The notes below the pieces were generated by a model, which was not told the origin of the DNA, made no database searches, and worked only from the letters and a program-made list of their open reading frames with translations. Positions 48,145-59,739 of a stretch of 64,000 nt of DNA are shown here, in pieces (the stretch's first letter is position 1; the number at the start of each line of letters is the position of its first letter). Location of the stretch: positions 30,797-94,796 of the forward strand of contig CANIEU010000008.1 of the NCBI GenBank assembly GCA_947466585.1. Reading direction: 5' to 3'. Made by a program: the position numbers and the translations under genes. The stretch is from Fibrobacterota bacterium. GTDB taxonomy: Bacteria > Fibrobacterota > Fibrobacteria > UBA11236.

Positions 48145-49457
48145 GGAAAGTAAGCCATTATTGCGCCCGCCGGGTAGTGGTTTTGCTCCGGTGGCAGCGG
48201 CGGAAGTTCCAAAAATCCGTCCGACCCGCCGAGGGCCGCAAAATCACCGGATCCGTTCACCGCACAGGGAACGGCTTGCGATTGAAAGAGCTGTACCGGA
48301 AGGTATTGCGTCAACCGGGACAGGGCGTTGACGGAGGTTCCCAAAGGGACCGAAGGTACCGAAGCCCCCGCAGACATCGATCCACCTGATTTGGCCCACA
48401 ACAGTGGCAAAACGAAACGGCGCGCGCACACGAGCGATGAAACCGGATTCCCCGGTAAACCAAAAACGAGGGTTTCGGATCGAGTCTCTTCGGCATCCGT
48501 TCCGGTGTTCGAGCCGGAGGAAGTCGCCTCGAAGCTTCCAAACCACAGTGGCTTCCCCGGCTTCTGTGCCAGCTTGTGGAACACCTTGCGGACGCCGAGC
48601 TTTTGGAGCGTGTCGGGCACGAGGTCAAATTTCCCTGCCGAAACTCCGCCGCTGACGAGCAAAAGGTCGGAGGCCGACAACACGTTTTTGAGAAGGGATT
48701 CGAGGGCTTCAGGATCGTCGCCACAGCGATGCACGGTCGTTTCGGCCCAAGGGGCGAACAAGGCCGCGATCCCGTGCGCATTGGAGACGCGCAGCTGGTG
48801 TTCTAGCGGAGTCTCGTGCACGCCGACGAGCTCGTCGCCCGTGGCCACGATCGCCACGCGCGGACGGCGCGTCACTTGCAGCGCGGTTTTACCGACGGAT
48901 GCGGCCACGGCGATTTGGGCGGCCTGCAATCGCGCGCCCGCAGGAACCAAAACGTCATCGTGCGCGCAATCACTGCCGGCGGCATGCACGAACTGGCGGT
49001 GTCGCACCGTCGAATCCGCGCGCACATGTGCGACGCGGTTTTCGATCGTCACTTCTTCATAGGGAATGATCGTGTCGGCGCCTTCGGGAACCGGCGCACC
49101 GGTCATGATTTCCACGCACGTAGCGAGGTTTCCGTCAGAATGATCGATTTGAGCGGCGCGGTGCGACAGCACGATGCGCGGGTCTCCGGCGCGCGCCATG
49201 TCGGTGACCAGGAAGGAGCGTACCCCTTTCTCGGGATCGGCCCACGCTTCATGCACGATGGCGATGCCGTCCATACGCGAGCGGTCTTGCGCGGGATAGG
49301 CGCGATCGGCACGGATGTCTTCGCGGAGAAAGCGGCCTACGGCAAGGTCCAGAGCCACGGATTCCGGGGGCCAGAGCGAAACCGGTGTGGCCGAAAACCC
49401 GGCCAAAATACGGTCGGCTTCGGCGACGGAAAGCAGGGCCACGGACGAGGAATACAT
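48132..49457 (-). CDS. moeA: molybdopterin molybdotransferase
   Basis: DRSRMDGIAI, IVATGDELV, LLLVSGGVSAGKFDLV, GLPGNPVSSLV. Stop overlaps the moaA start. Confidence 0.9.
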   Translation of the reverse strand: MYSSSVALLSVAEADRILAGFSATPVSLWPPESVALDLAVGRFLREDIRADRAYPAQDRSRMDGIAIVHEAWADPEKGVRSFLVTDMARAGDPRIVLSHRAAQIDHSDGNLATCVEIMTGAPVPEGADTIIPYEEVTIENRVAHVRADSTVRHRQFVHAAGSDCAHDDVLVPAGARLQAAQIAVAASVGKTALQVTRRPRVAIVATGDELVGVHETPLEHQLRVSNAHGIAALFAPWAETTVHRCGDDPEALESLLKNVLSASDLLLVSGGVSAGKFDLVPDTLQKLGVRKVFHKLAQKPGKPLWFGSFEATSSGSNTGTDAEETRSETLVFGLPGNPVSSLVCARRFVLPLLWAKSGGSMSAGASVPSVPLGTSVNALSRLTQYLPVQLFQSQAVPCAVNGSGDFAALGGSDGFLELPPLPPEQNHYPAGAIMAYFPWSP

Positions 49458-49768
49458 GGACTCGAAAGGTAGAATCCGGGGAGAGGCAGGTCGGCGGTCG
49501 GAAATTAGCCATTTAAGTTCAGACCTTGCTTTTACTCCAGTGCCGATCAGAGGCGCGAGCCTCTTCCGTTATACGGACTTGTTCGCTTTCAGGGCAATGA
49601 AAAATCGGAAGATGGCATCCGTCAAATCTTTGGGACGGGCGATCAGACTGAAGGTGGAAACATCAGCAAGGTCGCGCTTGCGATGGGTATAGATATTCTC
49701 GGATGGCGCACCGTCGGTGCGCATGCGCACGCCCGCTTCGATCACGGCCCCCAAAAATTCAACCGTTT

Positions 49769-50746
49769 TTATTTCGCCAGCTCCAGCACCAGCGACGGAT
49801 CGAGATACGACGGCTGCCCCTGCGTTTCCTTGTATACCTCGTAATCGAGATTGAACTTGTCGACGATCTTGTTAGATCCGTAGACCGAGGTCAGGTCGGT
49901 TCCTTTTTTGAAGTGCGCCACGTTTTCGGCCTTGCCGAGAATGAATGTGCCCTTGAGCAGCTTCCCGTATTCCGCTCCGCTGAGACCCACGCGCGCGCCC
50001 ATGATCTTCGATACTTCCGCTTTGTTCTTCGGGTCGTTCACCTAGTCGGCGATTTTGAACCACAACTTCACGAACGTCTTCCACTCCGCGCGATGCGCGG
50101 CCAATGATTTCGGGCTTACGGCGAGCACATCGTAAATCAGACCCGGCGCGTTGGCGCTGGAATAAATCGCCTTGGAGCCGGGCAGCGCCTTGAGCGCTTG
50201 TCCGCTGTTGGGCTGCCAGGCCGCGATCGCTTCCACCGCACCGCCGCCGAGCGCCTTCAAAAGCAGCAGATGGTCGACGAAGCCGATCTCCACGCCGATC
50301 TTCTTGCCCTTGAGGCTCTTCACGTTCTTGATGCCGGGCTTGGCTACGATCATGTCGTTTCCGTTACTTTAATCATTAAGGAGAATCGCCACGCTCTTCG
50401 CGCCGGTCGCCCCGGTCACGAGCGCGTCGCCGTTGGCCATGGCCACGGCATCGACCTTGCCCGCGGCGAAGGCGTCCATCGAGGGCACGTACTCGAACCA
50501 CGTGAACTCGACATCCACGCCCTCGGCCTTGAACCAGCCCTTTTGCACGCCCACATCCCAGGCCACCCATCCGGGCCAATCGCTGTAGGCGATCTTGAGC
50601 GGCGCGGCTTGTACCGAGGTTGCGGGTAGCAGCACCGAAACGAACAGCGCAAGAGCGGCGAAGAGTTCGGCCGCACCGGTTCTTTTGGTCGCGGTTTTAA
50701 CGGCGGCGGGTTTGGTAAGGCGCAAAGCTTGGATGGCTTGGGACAT
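49769..50746 (-). pseudogene. NitT/TauT-family (NMT1-like) ABC substrate-binding protein gene interrupted by two in-frame stops
   Basis: Three consecutive same-frame ORFs (50369..50746, 50042..50353, 49769..50041) read as one SBP: signal peptide, [16 protein letters not shown]..., [31 protein letters not shown]..., WFKIAD*VNDPKNKAEV... TAA at 50369-50371 and TAG at 50042-50044 (plus-strand coordinates). Confidence 0.75.
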
Positions 50747-50960
50747 CGGATCACCCCTGGATCGGCGCGCATGCGGCCGCATCGTGGACGGGAACAGCCC
50801 GTCCTGAAGGGAGGAAGAACAAAAAACGTGCCCGGGCCAGACTGTCACTCTGAGGGCATTTTTTCCAAACTTCCTATCAATTTGTCGCTTTTGGAGGTCT
50901 TCGCGATCGACAAATACGAACATTTATTGATTTGGCCACAAATGTCAGGGCTGGTCGGGG

Positions 50961-51452
50961 TCAGTCCCGGCACAATCGTTCGAGGATCTCCGCGTGCTGC
51001 GGATACCGGTCGGTCAACGTGGCTCCTTTGGCCATCTCGAATTGGGCGAAGTCGAACGCCGGGGCGACGGCGCAACTGACCAGCGCGAACCCCTGTTTGG
51101 AAGGGATCTCCGCGGCGAACCAGGTGCCGGGCTCGACCACGAAGGAGAGGTGCTCCCCTTCCCCTTTTCCGAGCGTACGCGCGCGATAGTTTCCTGCGGC
51201 ATCGATCTCGTGGACGGTGAGCGGCACGCCGTCGTGGTAGTACCACAGTTCCGGATAGGCGATGCGATGGAACCCGGAGTAATCTTCACTTTCAAGCAGG
51301 TAGTGGATGGACGTGACGGCTGAAGTCGCGGAAGCCTCCTGCTGCGGCGTCATCTGGCGAACTTGAAACGCGGCGCGATACGTCTCGCGGTAGTAGCCGC
51401 CCTCGGGGTGCGGGATCAGGCCAAGGCGGGCAATGTAATCGGCGGCGGTCAT
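50961..51452 (-). CDS. cupin domain protein (DUF985 family)
   Basis: LGLIPHPEGGYYRETYRA, SIHYLLESEDYSGFHRI, LWYYHDG, VSCAVAPAFDFAQFE. Confidence 0.82.
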   Translation of the reverse strand: MTAADYIARLGLIPHPEGGYYRETYRAAFQVRQMTPQQEASATSAVTSIHYLLESEDYSGFHRIAYPELWYYHDGVPLTVHEIDAAGNYRARTLGKGEGEHLSFVVEPGTWFAAEIPSKQGFALVSCAVAPAFDFAQFEMAKGATLTDRYPQHAEILERLCRD

Positions 51453-51506
51453 GACGGGCAGGATAGAAAAAGCCGCGAAAAGAATCGATCGCGCCCCGAT
51501 TTACCT

Positions 51507-52685
51507 TTGTCCGGATTCTTCCGGGAGTGGATTCTGTCTCGTCACGCTTCGCTCGTTTTCTCCGTACTCGCGACAACGAGCAGTTTGACGCTGGGAGGCT
51601 GTTTGTTCGATTCCGACTCTTCCTCACCGGCTCCGCAAACGCACTTCGATTTCTCGGCACTCGATAGTCTCGCGAATCCCTTGGCGCGTTGGTACGAGGT
51701 GCCTGCGGGTAAAAGCCTGACCTCCGTGAAGTTCGCCTTCCGCAGCCTGGATTATGCGCACGACGCCGATTCGAATATCGACGCCTTCGCAGCCGAAGTC
51801 GGCGGACTACCCGCCATCGCGGGAGCCTACGCCGATTTGAAGGTCAATGCCGTGCGCCTCAAAGCGTTTCTCGACGCAGTCCACGCGAAAGGTTGCGTCC
51901 CTTATTTGACCTTCGACCCGAAGGATTTTTCCAACACGGATGTCGCATCCCAATACGCCTACACAACCCAGATTCCCGAAGGCGTCTTCGACACCAATCT
52001 CAAGGAAGTCGCGGGGGTGTTGCGCGACTTCGGGCATCCGGTGGTGTTCCGTTTCGCGCATGAGATGAACGGGAACTGGTATGCCTACTCGGGTGTGTTC
52101 GCTGGAGCGAACACCGATGCGGACGCGAACGGCATGCCTGATGGCCCGCAGCGCTATATCGCAGCGTGGCGCTATGTGCATGCGTTGTTCGCCGCCGAAG
52201 GTGCGAATCAGTTGGTGTGGGTGTTCTCCCCGAATGCGGAGAGCTACCCGAACAGCGCGTGGAACGCGCCCTTCGCCTACTACCCGGGCTCGGCCTATGT
52301 GGATTGGGTCGCGGTGGACGTGTACGAGCATCCCGATCAGAAGCTTCAGGGACTGGCTTCGCTGTTGGATCCGTTCTACAATACGATGGGTTTGTTCTGG
52401 GAGGCGCACGCGGGAGACACCGCTTATGCGCTGCGCCCGTTCGGACTGAGCGAGTTCGGAACGGCGCGAACGGATAGTTCGGAGAAGTCGGAGTGGTATG
52501 CGGGTGCGGTTACGACGATTGCTGCGGATAGCCGCATCTCGTTTCATGCCCTCTACAACGGGCGGAACGAAACGAAGGATTTTTCGATCCGTGGGTTGGG
52601 ACAGCAATTGCAGGTGGCTTATTCGAGTACGCGCCTGAAGTTTGGACCCCTGATGGAGAGGGCGGCGAAGGTGGCGGGAAGGTAA
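51507..52685 (+). CDS. GH26-like glycoside hydrolase lipoprotein (mannanase-like)
   Basis: VVFRFAHEMNGNWYAYSG (acid/base region) and RPFGLSEFGTAR (nucleophile region) resemble GH26. Lipobox LTLGGC. No ATG after the cupin gene, so TTG 51507 proposed as start. Confidence 0.6.
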   Translation: MSGFFREWILSRHASLVFSVLATTSSLTLGGCLFDSDSSSPAPQTHFDFSALDSLANPLARWYEVPAGKSLTSVKFAFRSLDYAHDADSNIDAFAAEVGGLPAIAGAYADLKVNAVRLKAFLDAVHAKGCVPYLTFDPKDFSNTDVASQYAYTTQIPEGVFDTNLKEVAGVLRDFGHPVVFRFAHEMNGNWYAYSGVFAGANTDADANGMPDGPQRYIAAWRYVHALFAAEGANQLVWVFSPNAESYPNSAWNAPFAYYPGSAYVDWVAVDVYEHPDQKLQGLASLLDPFYNTMGLFWEAHAGDTAYALRPFGLSEFGTARTDSSEKSEWYAGAVTTIAADSRISFHALYNGRNETKDFSIRGLGQQLQVAYSSTRLKFGPLMERAAKVAGR

Positions 52686-52698
52686 GACCCCACCCCCC

Positions 52699-53733
52699 CT
52701 ACACGTGCCCCTGCGCCCCCAGGGCGGGGAACAGCGCCTGATGCCAGTACGGATACGGCTTCGGGCGCGCGCTGGCGGCGTCCAGCTTCGCCACCTGCTC
52801 CGCCGTCAAACTCCACCCCACCGCGCCCAGGTTTTCGATCAACTGCTTCTCGTCGCGCGCCCCCACGATCACCGTCGACACCGTCGGCCGGCGCAGCAAC
52901 CAGTTCAGCGCAATCTGCGGAACCGTCTTGCCCGTCTCCGCCGCCACCACGTCGAGCGCGTCAACCACGTTGTACAGATACTCTTCATCCACCAGCGGAC
53001 CATTATCCACCACCAACTGCGAGTTCAAACGGCTGGTCTGCGGACGCGGTGCGCCGCGGCGGATCTTGCCGGTGAGGCGCCCCCAACCCAGCGGACTCCA
53101 CACCACCGCGCCCACGCCCTGGTCGATGCCCAGCGGCATCAACTCGGTTTCATAGTCGCGGCCCACCAGCGAGTAGTAGGCTTGGTGCGCCACGTAGCGC
53201 GCGAGGCCGTGCCGGTCCGAATGTGCCAACGACTTCATCAAGTGCCAACCCGAAAAGTTGGAGCAGCCGATGTAGCGGATCTTTCCCGCCGTCACGAGAT
53301 CGTCGAGCGCGCGCAGCGCTTCTTCCACCGGCGTGTGCGTGTCGAAGCCGTGCAGCTGATAGAGGTCGATCACATCGGTGCCGAGGCGCTTCAGGCTTTT
53401 CTCCACCGCCTGCACGATGTGGATGCGCGAGTTGCCGATGTCGTTGACACCCTTGCCGTTGCGGAAGGTGCCCTTGGTCGAGATCAAAACCTGGTCTCGT
53501 TTTCCCTTGAGTGCGGCTCCCAAAATCTCTTCGGCGGCTCCCGCCGAATAGCCATCGGCGGAATCGAACATGGTGATTCCGTGCTCGATGGCGATATCGA
53601 TCAGGCGCGACGCGCCTTTCACGTCCACGTCACCCCATTGCGAAAAGAATGCGCCGCCGCCGCCGAACGTGCCCGTGCCGAGCGTGAGTTCGGGAACCTT
53701 CAGGCCCGAGCGGCCGAGTTGACGATAGTCCAT
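52699..53733 (-). CDS. aldo/keto reductase
   Basis: MDYRQLGRSGLKVPELTLGTGTFGG, FDSADGYSAG, LYQLHGFD, IRYIGCSNFSGW. Confidence 0.9.
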   Translation of the reverse strand: MDYRQLGRSGLKVPELTLGTGTFGGGGAFFSQWGDVDVKGASRLIDIAIEHGITMFDSADGYSAGAAEEILGAALKGKRDQVLISTKGTFRNGKGVNDIGNSRIHIVQAVEKSLKRLGTDVIDLYQLHGFDTHTPVEEALRALDDLVTAGKIRYIGCSNFSGWHLMKSLAHSDRHGLARYVAHQAYYSLVGRDYETELMPLGIDQGVGAVVWSPLGWGRLTGKIRRGAPRPQTSRLNSQLVVDNGPLVDEEYLYNVVDALDVVAAETGKTVPQIALNWLLRRPTVSTVIVGARDEKQLIENLGAVGWSLTAEQVAKLDAASARPKPYPYWHQALFPALGAQGHV

Positions 53734-53761
53734 GTGAAAATCTCTCTCTAGAAAATCTGAT

Positions 53762-54826
53762 TTAGGATAATCGGTTCACGGGTTCGCCCGGCTCAACGGA
53801 ATCGATCCGTTGATACAAGGCGCGGAACACCGTGACCTCGAACAGGATCACCGCGGGGAACACCATGAAGGCCACGCGTCCCGTCTGCAGCTCCGACCAA
53901 ATCGTCAAGGCGAACCACAGCATGAAGCCGTAAACCCACAGCCCGCGGTTCACCGGAACCTTTACGCCTTTGAAGCGGAGGCACGCAAAGACTCCGAGCG
54001 CCACCAACAACGGAAGGTTGCCGAGGCCCACGTGAAAAACGAACTGACGCGAATACGTGGCGGGGCTGAGAAACAGAAACGCGTTCTTGAGAATGATCGC
54101 CGGGTCGAGCACCGTGGAAGCATTCGAATACATGTATTTGGAGGCCGCGGGAAAAGCCCGCGCCACAGCCACGTAGGCGATGCCCGCAGGCGCCACGTAT
54201 GCCCAATACCACAGACGCTTCCAGTCGCCCACCGCGTGCACCGCGATCCACGGGATCAATACGAGCAGCACGGTCTCCTTGATGAATACCGCAAACAGGC
54301 ACAGTAAAAGCAAAAGAACCGGACGACGCTTCTCCAAGAGAATGATGCCGACCAAAATCGCCAAATGCGCCCCGGCATCCGAGAGCGGAACGTACCCGCC
54401 CATGAACGAGTTGAATGACAGGATGTAGAGCAGCGAGCCCATCCAGGCGAACGCGGTTCCGACACGGCCGCGGAGATACCGGAACAACAGACCCGACACG
54501 GCGATGATCAGGCCGAAGTTCAGCAGCATGAAATGAAAGAAGTCCTTCTGCACGACCGGGTCTTCGGTATAGTCGATGCGGACGTTATAGCCGGGCAACA
54601 CCCGCATGGCTTTCACCACCTCGGGCACGAGCACGCGATAGCGGAACGGAGGCTGCGCCACGGCCGGCCCCTGGTCGACCATCGACAGATAAATCGGGAT
54701 ATCCTCCATAGGATATTCCCGGTAGTTGAATTGCTTGTAGAAGTAGAAGAGGATGGGATACGCCAGCAAGGCGTTCAGGACGAGTACCGCAAGCGTCAGA
54801 CGCAGACTTTTCGGTTTTGTATCCAT
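53762..54826 (-). CDS. hypothetical polytopic membrane protein
   Basis: 354 aa, ~9-10 hydrophobic segments, PPFRYRVLVPEVV loop; no family recognised (polymerase/GT-C-like topology is only a guess). Confidence 0.5.
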   Translation of the reverse strand: MDTKPKSLRLTLAVLVLNALLAYPILFYFYKQFNYREYPMEDIPIYLSMVDQGPAVAQPPFRYRVLVPEVVKAMRVLPGYNVRIDYTEDPVVQKDFFHFMLLNFGLIIAVSGLLFRYLRGRVGTAFAWMGSLLYILSFNSFMGGYVPLSDAGAHLAILVGIILLEKRRPVLLLLLCLFAVFIKETVLLVLIPWIAVHAVGDWKRLWYWAYVAPAGIAYVAVARAFPAASKYMYSNASTVLDPAIILKNAFLFLSPATYSRQFVFHVGLGNLPLLVALGVFACLRFKGVKVPVNRGLWVYGFMLWFALTIWSELQTGRVAFMVFPAVILFEVTVFRALYQRIDSVEPGEPVNRLS

Positions 54827-54951
54827 GCCGCTCCCTGCTTCAGGCCGTTCTAGCGCTGAAATCGCGCTTCTCCCGAACTCTCCGGGATCGGAACTCGTGA
54901 TAGCCTAACACCCCCCAAACTGTAGCTAGTTGAGGTCGCCAAAGGCGAACG

Positions 54952-54994
54952 AAAAAAAGGCGACCCGCTCAGGAATGAGGAGGCCGCCTTTTTT
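54952..54994 (-). terminator. rho-independent terminator after atpC (A/T runs on both sides)
   Basis: Plus strand A7 (54952-54958), GGCGACC (54959-54965) ... GGCCGCC (54982-54988, one mismatch), T6 (54989-54994). On the minus strand the hairpin is followed by T7. Confidence 0.6.
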
Positions 54995-55012
54995 GAATGC
55001 CAAACCCGGAGT

Positions 55013-55267
55013 TTATCCGTGTTTCTTCTCCGCGCTATCCGCGAGGAGAACACCGTTCTCGTGGCTGAACTCGAAGAAACCCGCGCCCACCTTGAAGTGC
55101 AGTTCCTTCTTGTCCGCGATCACGCGCGCATCCCCAGCCGAGAGGCTGGAGAGAATCGGCGCGTGGCCCGTGAGCACCTCGAACGCACCGGCGGAACCGG
55201 GAACCATGACGCTCTCGGCTTCGCCGTCGAACACGGTCGCTTCAGGGGTGAGAATCTGGATACGCAT
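55013..55267 (-). CDS. atpC: F0F1 ATP synthase subunit epsilon (short form, beta-sandwich only)
   Basis: MRIQILTPEATVFDGEAESVMVPGSAGAFEVLTGHAPILSSL. Only 84 aa; no C-terminal helical hairpin. Confidence 0.88.
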   Translation of the reverse strand: MRIQILTPEATVFDGEAESVMVPGSAGAFEVLTGHAPILSSLSAGDARVIADKKELHFKVGAGFFEFSHENGVLLADSAEKKHG

Positions 55268-55272
55268 GGTGA

Positions 55273-57593
<2,321 letters not shown>

Positions 57594-57597
57594 TTTG

Positions 57598-59136
57598 TTA
57601 TGCCGCCACCGCTTGCACGGAGAATTGTTTCGCGAACTCCGCCAGCGCCGCCTTCATGCGGCCGAGCAGATCGTCGTCCATCTTCTTCTTCTCTTCTATC
57701 TCGTTCAGCAGCGCGCCGTGGCGCAGCTCGATGAACTGCTGCATCTCGCTCTCGTAGCGGCTGACTTGCGCGACCGGAATTTCGTCGGTATAACCCTGGC
57801 TACCCGCGAACACCGTGAAGATGGTCTTGGAAATGCGGTAGGGCTGGTACTGGCCCTGACGCAGCAGTCGGGTGAGGCGCTCGCCGCGCGCCAGCTGGCG
57901 CTGCGTGGCCTTGTCAAGATCGGAAGCGAACTGGGCGAAGGCCGCGAGTTCGCGGTACTGCGCCAGCGTCAGGCGAAGCACGCCGGCGACCTGCTTGGTG
58001 GCCTTGATCTGGGCGTCGCCGCCCACGCGCGAAACCGAGAGACCGACGTCCACGGCGGGGCGTTGGCCCGAGGCGAACATACCTGCGTCGAGGAAGATCT
58101 GTCCGTCGGTGATCGAGATCACGTTGGTCGGAATGTAAGCCGACACGTCGCCTGCCTGCGTTTCGATGATGGGCAACGCGGTGAGCGAACCGCCGCCTTC
58201 AGCAGCCGACAACTTGGCGGCGCGCTCGAGCAAGCGGGAGTGGATGTAGAACACGTCACCAGGGTAGGCTTCGCGGCCGGGCGGGCGGCGGAGCAGCAGC
58301 GAGAGCTGGCGGTAAGCCTGCGCCTGCTTGGTCAAGTCATCATACACCAGCAGCGCATGGCCGCCGTTGAACATGAAGTATTCGCCCATGGTCGTGCCGC
58401 AGTAGGGCGCGAGATACTGGAGCGGCGCGGAGTCGGAGGCGTTGGCCGCGACCACGCAGGTGTATTCCATCGCGCCGGCGGCGCGGAGTTTCTCGACGAC
58501 GAGGGCGATCGTGCTCTGCTTCTGGCCGATGCCGACGTAGATGCACTTGACGCCCTTGCCCTTTTGGTTAATGATCGTGTCGATCGCGATGGCGGTCTTG
58601 CCCGTCTTGCGATCACCGATGATGAGCTCGCGCTGACCACGGCCGATCGGGATCATCGTGTCGATGGCCTTGATGCCGGTCTCGAGCGGCTCATGCACGT
58701 TCTGGCGGCGGATGATGCCGGGCGCCTTCAGTTCGATGGGACGCATGTTCGTGCGGTCGAGTGCCGGACCGCCGTCGATGGGCTCGCCGAGCGCGTTGAT
58801 CACGCGGCCGAGAATGGTGTCGCCCACGGGCACCGAAGCGATCGCCTTGGTGCGGACGACCTTGTCGCCCTCGCGCACCGACGAAGCGGAGTCGAGAAGC
58901 GCGATACCGACCGAGTCTTCTTCCAGGTTGAGCACGAGGCCCGAAACCTTGCCGTTTGCGCCCAGCACGTCCACGAGCTCGCCGGCCATGACCTGGCTCA
59001 GGCCGTGCACGCGGGCGATGCCGTCGCCCACCTGGAGCACGGTACCGGTCTCGTAGCTGTCGGCCGCGAGGTCGAGGTTCTCGAGCTGCTGCTTGAGAAG
59101 GGAGCTGATTTCGTCGGGTTTGATCTGGGTCGCCAT
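57598..59136 (-). CDS. atpA: F0F1 ATP synthase subunit alpha
   Basis: GDRKTGKTA (Walker A), [36 protein letters not shown]. Confidence 0.95.
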   Translation of the reverse strand: MATQIKPDEISSLLKQQLENLDLAADSYETGTVLQVGDGIARVHGLSQVMAGELVDVLGANGKVSGLVLNLEEDSVGIALLDSASSVREGDKVVRTKAIASVPVGDTILGRVINALGEPIDGGPALDRTNMRPIELKAPGIIRRQNVHEPLETGIKAIDTMIPIGRGQRELIIGDRKTGKTAIAIDTIINQKGKGVKCIYVGIGQKQSTIALVVEKLRAAGAMEYTCVVAANASDSAPLQYLAPYCGTTMGEYFMFNGGHALLVYDDLTKQAQAYRQLSLLLRRPPGREAYPGDVFYIHSRLLERAAKLSAAEGGGSLTALPIIETQAGDVSAYIPTNVISITDGQIFLDAGMFASGQRPAVDVGLSVSRVGGDAQIKATKQVAGVLRLTLAQYRELAAFAQFASDLDKATQRQLARGERLTRLLRQGQYQPYRISKTIFTVFAGSQGYTDEIPVAQVSRYESEMQQFIELRHGALLNEIEEKKKMDDDLLGRMKAALAEFAKQFSVQAVAA

Positions 59137-59174
59137 AATGTTTTCCTGTGTCTTCCTGTATCAGGCTTCTTGGA

Positions 59175-59720
59175 TTAAGCCGCCGTGAGACGGCGACGCG
59201 CGCCGTCGAGCTTGTTGCGCAGGCTGGTGTCGGTGACGAGGCCGTCTTCCTCGACGCGGAAACCCGCGATCAGGGAAGCGTCCACCTCATTGTGGAGCAA
59301 GTAGGTCGAGCCGGGTTTCCGTGCGATCAGTCCCTTCGCGAGGGACTCCAGTTGACCCGCGTCAAGGGCCGTCGCACTGACCACGCGGGCGCGGCGCACG
59401 TTGCGGCCGGCCTCTTCCATGCGAAGAAAGAGTTCGGCGATAGCGGGCAGCAGGGCCAAACGGCCTTTGAGTTCGAGCAAACCCAGCAAACGCTTGAGCG
59501 AGTCCGACGCCTTCTCGGTGAGCGGACGCAGAATCTGCGCCCGCTTCTCTTCGGGAAGGGCCGAAAGGTTCAGTGCGCGTTCGAGGCCACGGGTCTTCGC
59601 GAACACTTCGAGCACGGCGGTGAACTCTTCGCGCAACGCCGCAAGTTCGCCCTTGGAAGACGCGTAGTCGAGGAAGGTTTTCGCGTACACCCGCGCTGCT
59701 TTGGAAATCTGCCGTGCCAT
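59175..59720 (-). CDS. atpH: F0F1 ATP synthase subunit delta (OSCP)
   Basis: 181 aa, ARVYAKTFLDYA..., position between atpF and atpA, C-terminal LIAGFRVEEDGLVTDTSLRNKL. Confidence 0.88.
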   Translation of the reverse strand: MARQISKAARVYAKTFLDYASSKGELAALREEFTAVLEVFAKTRGLERALNLSALPEEKRAQILRPLTEKASDSLKRLLGLLELKGRLALLPAIAELFLRMEEAGRNVRRARVVSATALDAGQLESLAKGLIARKPGSTYLLHNEVDASLIAGFRVEEDGLVTDTSLRNKLDGARRRLTAA

Positions 59721-59739
59721 GCTCTTGGTTCCTGTGCTC

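Noticed and set aside
49769-50923. Stop-codon reassignment or programmed readthrough explaining the two in-frame stops in the SBP gene
   Set aside because: TAA, TAG and TGA all terminate well-conserved neighbouring genes at the expected positions (for example arfB TAG, xylB TAA, moaE TGA). The gene also appears internally shortened, so a pseudogene is the simpler reading.
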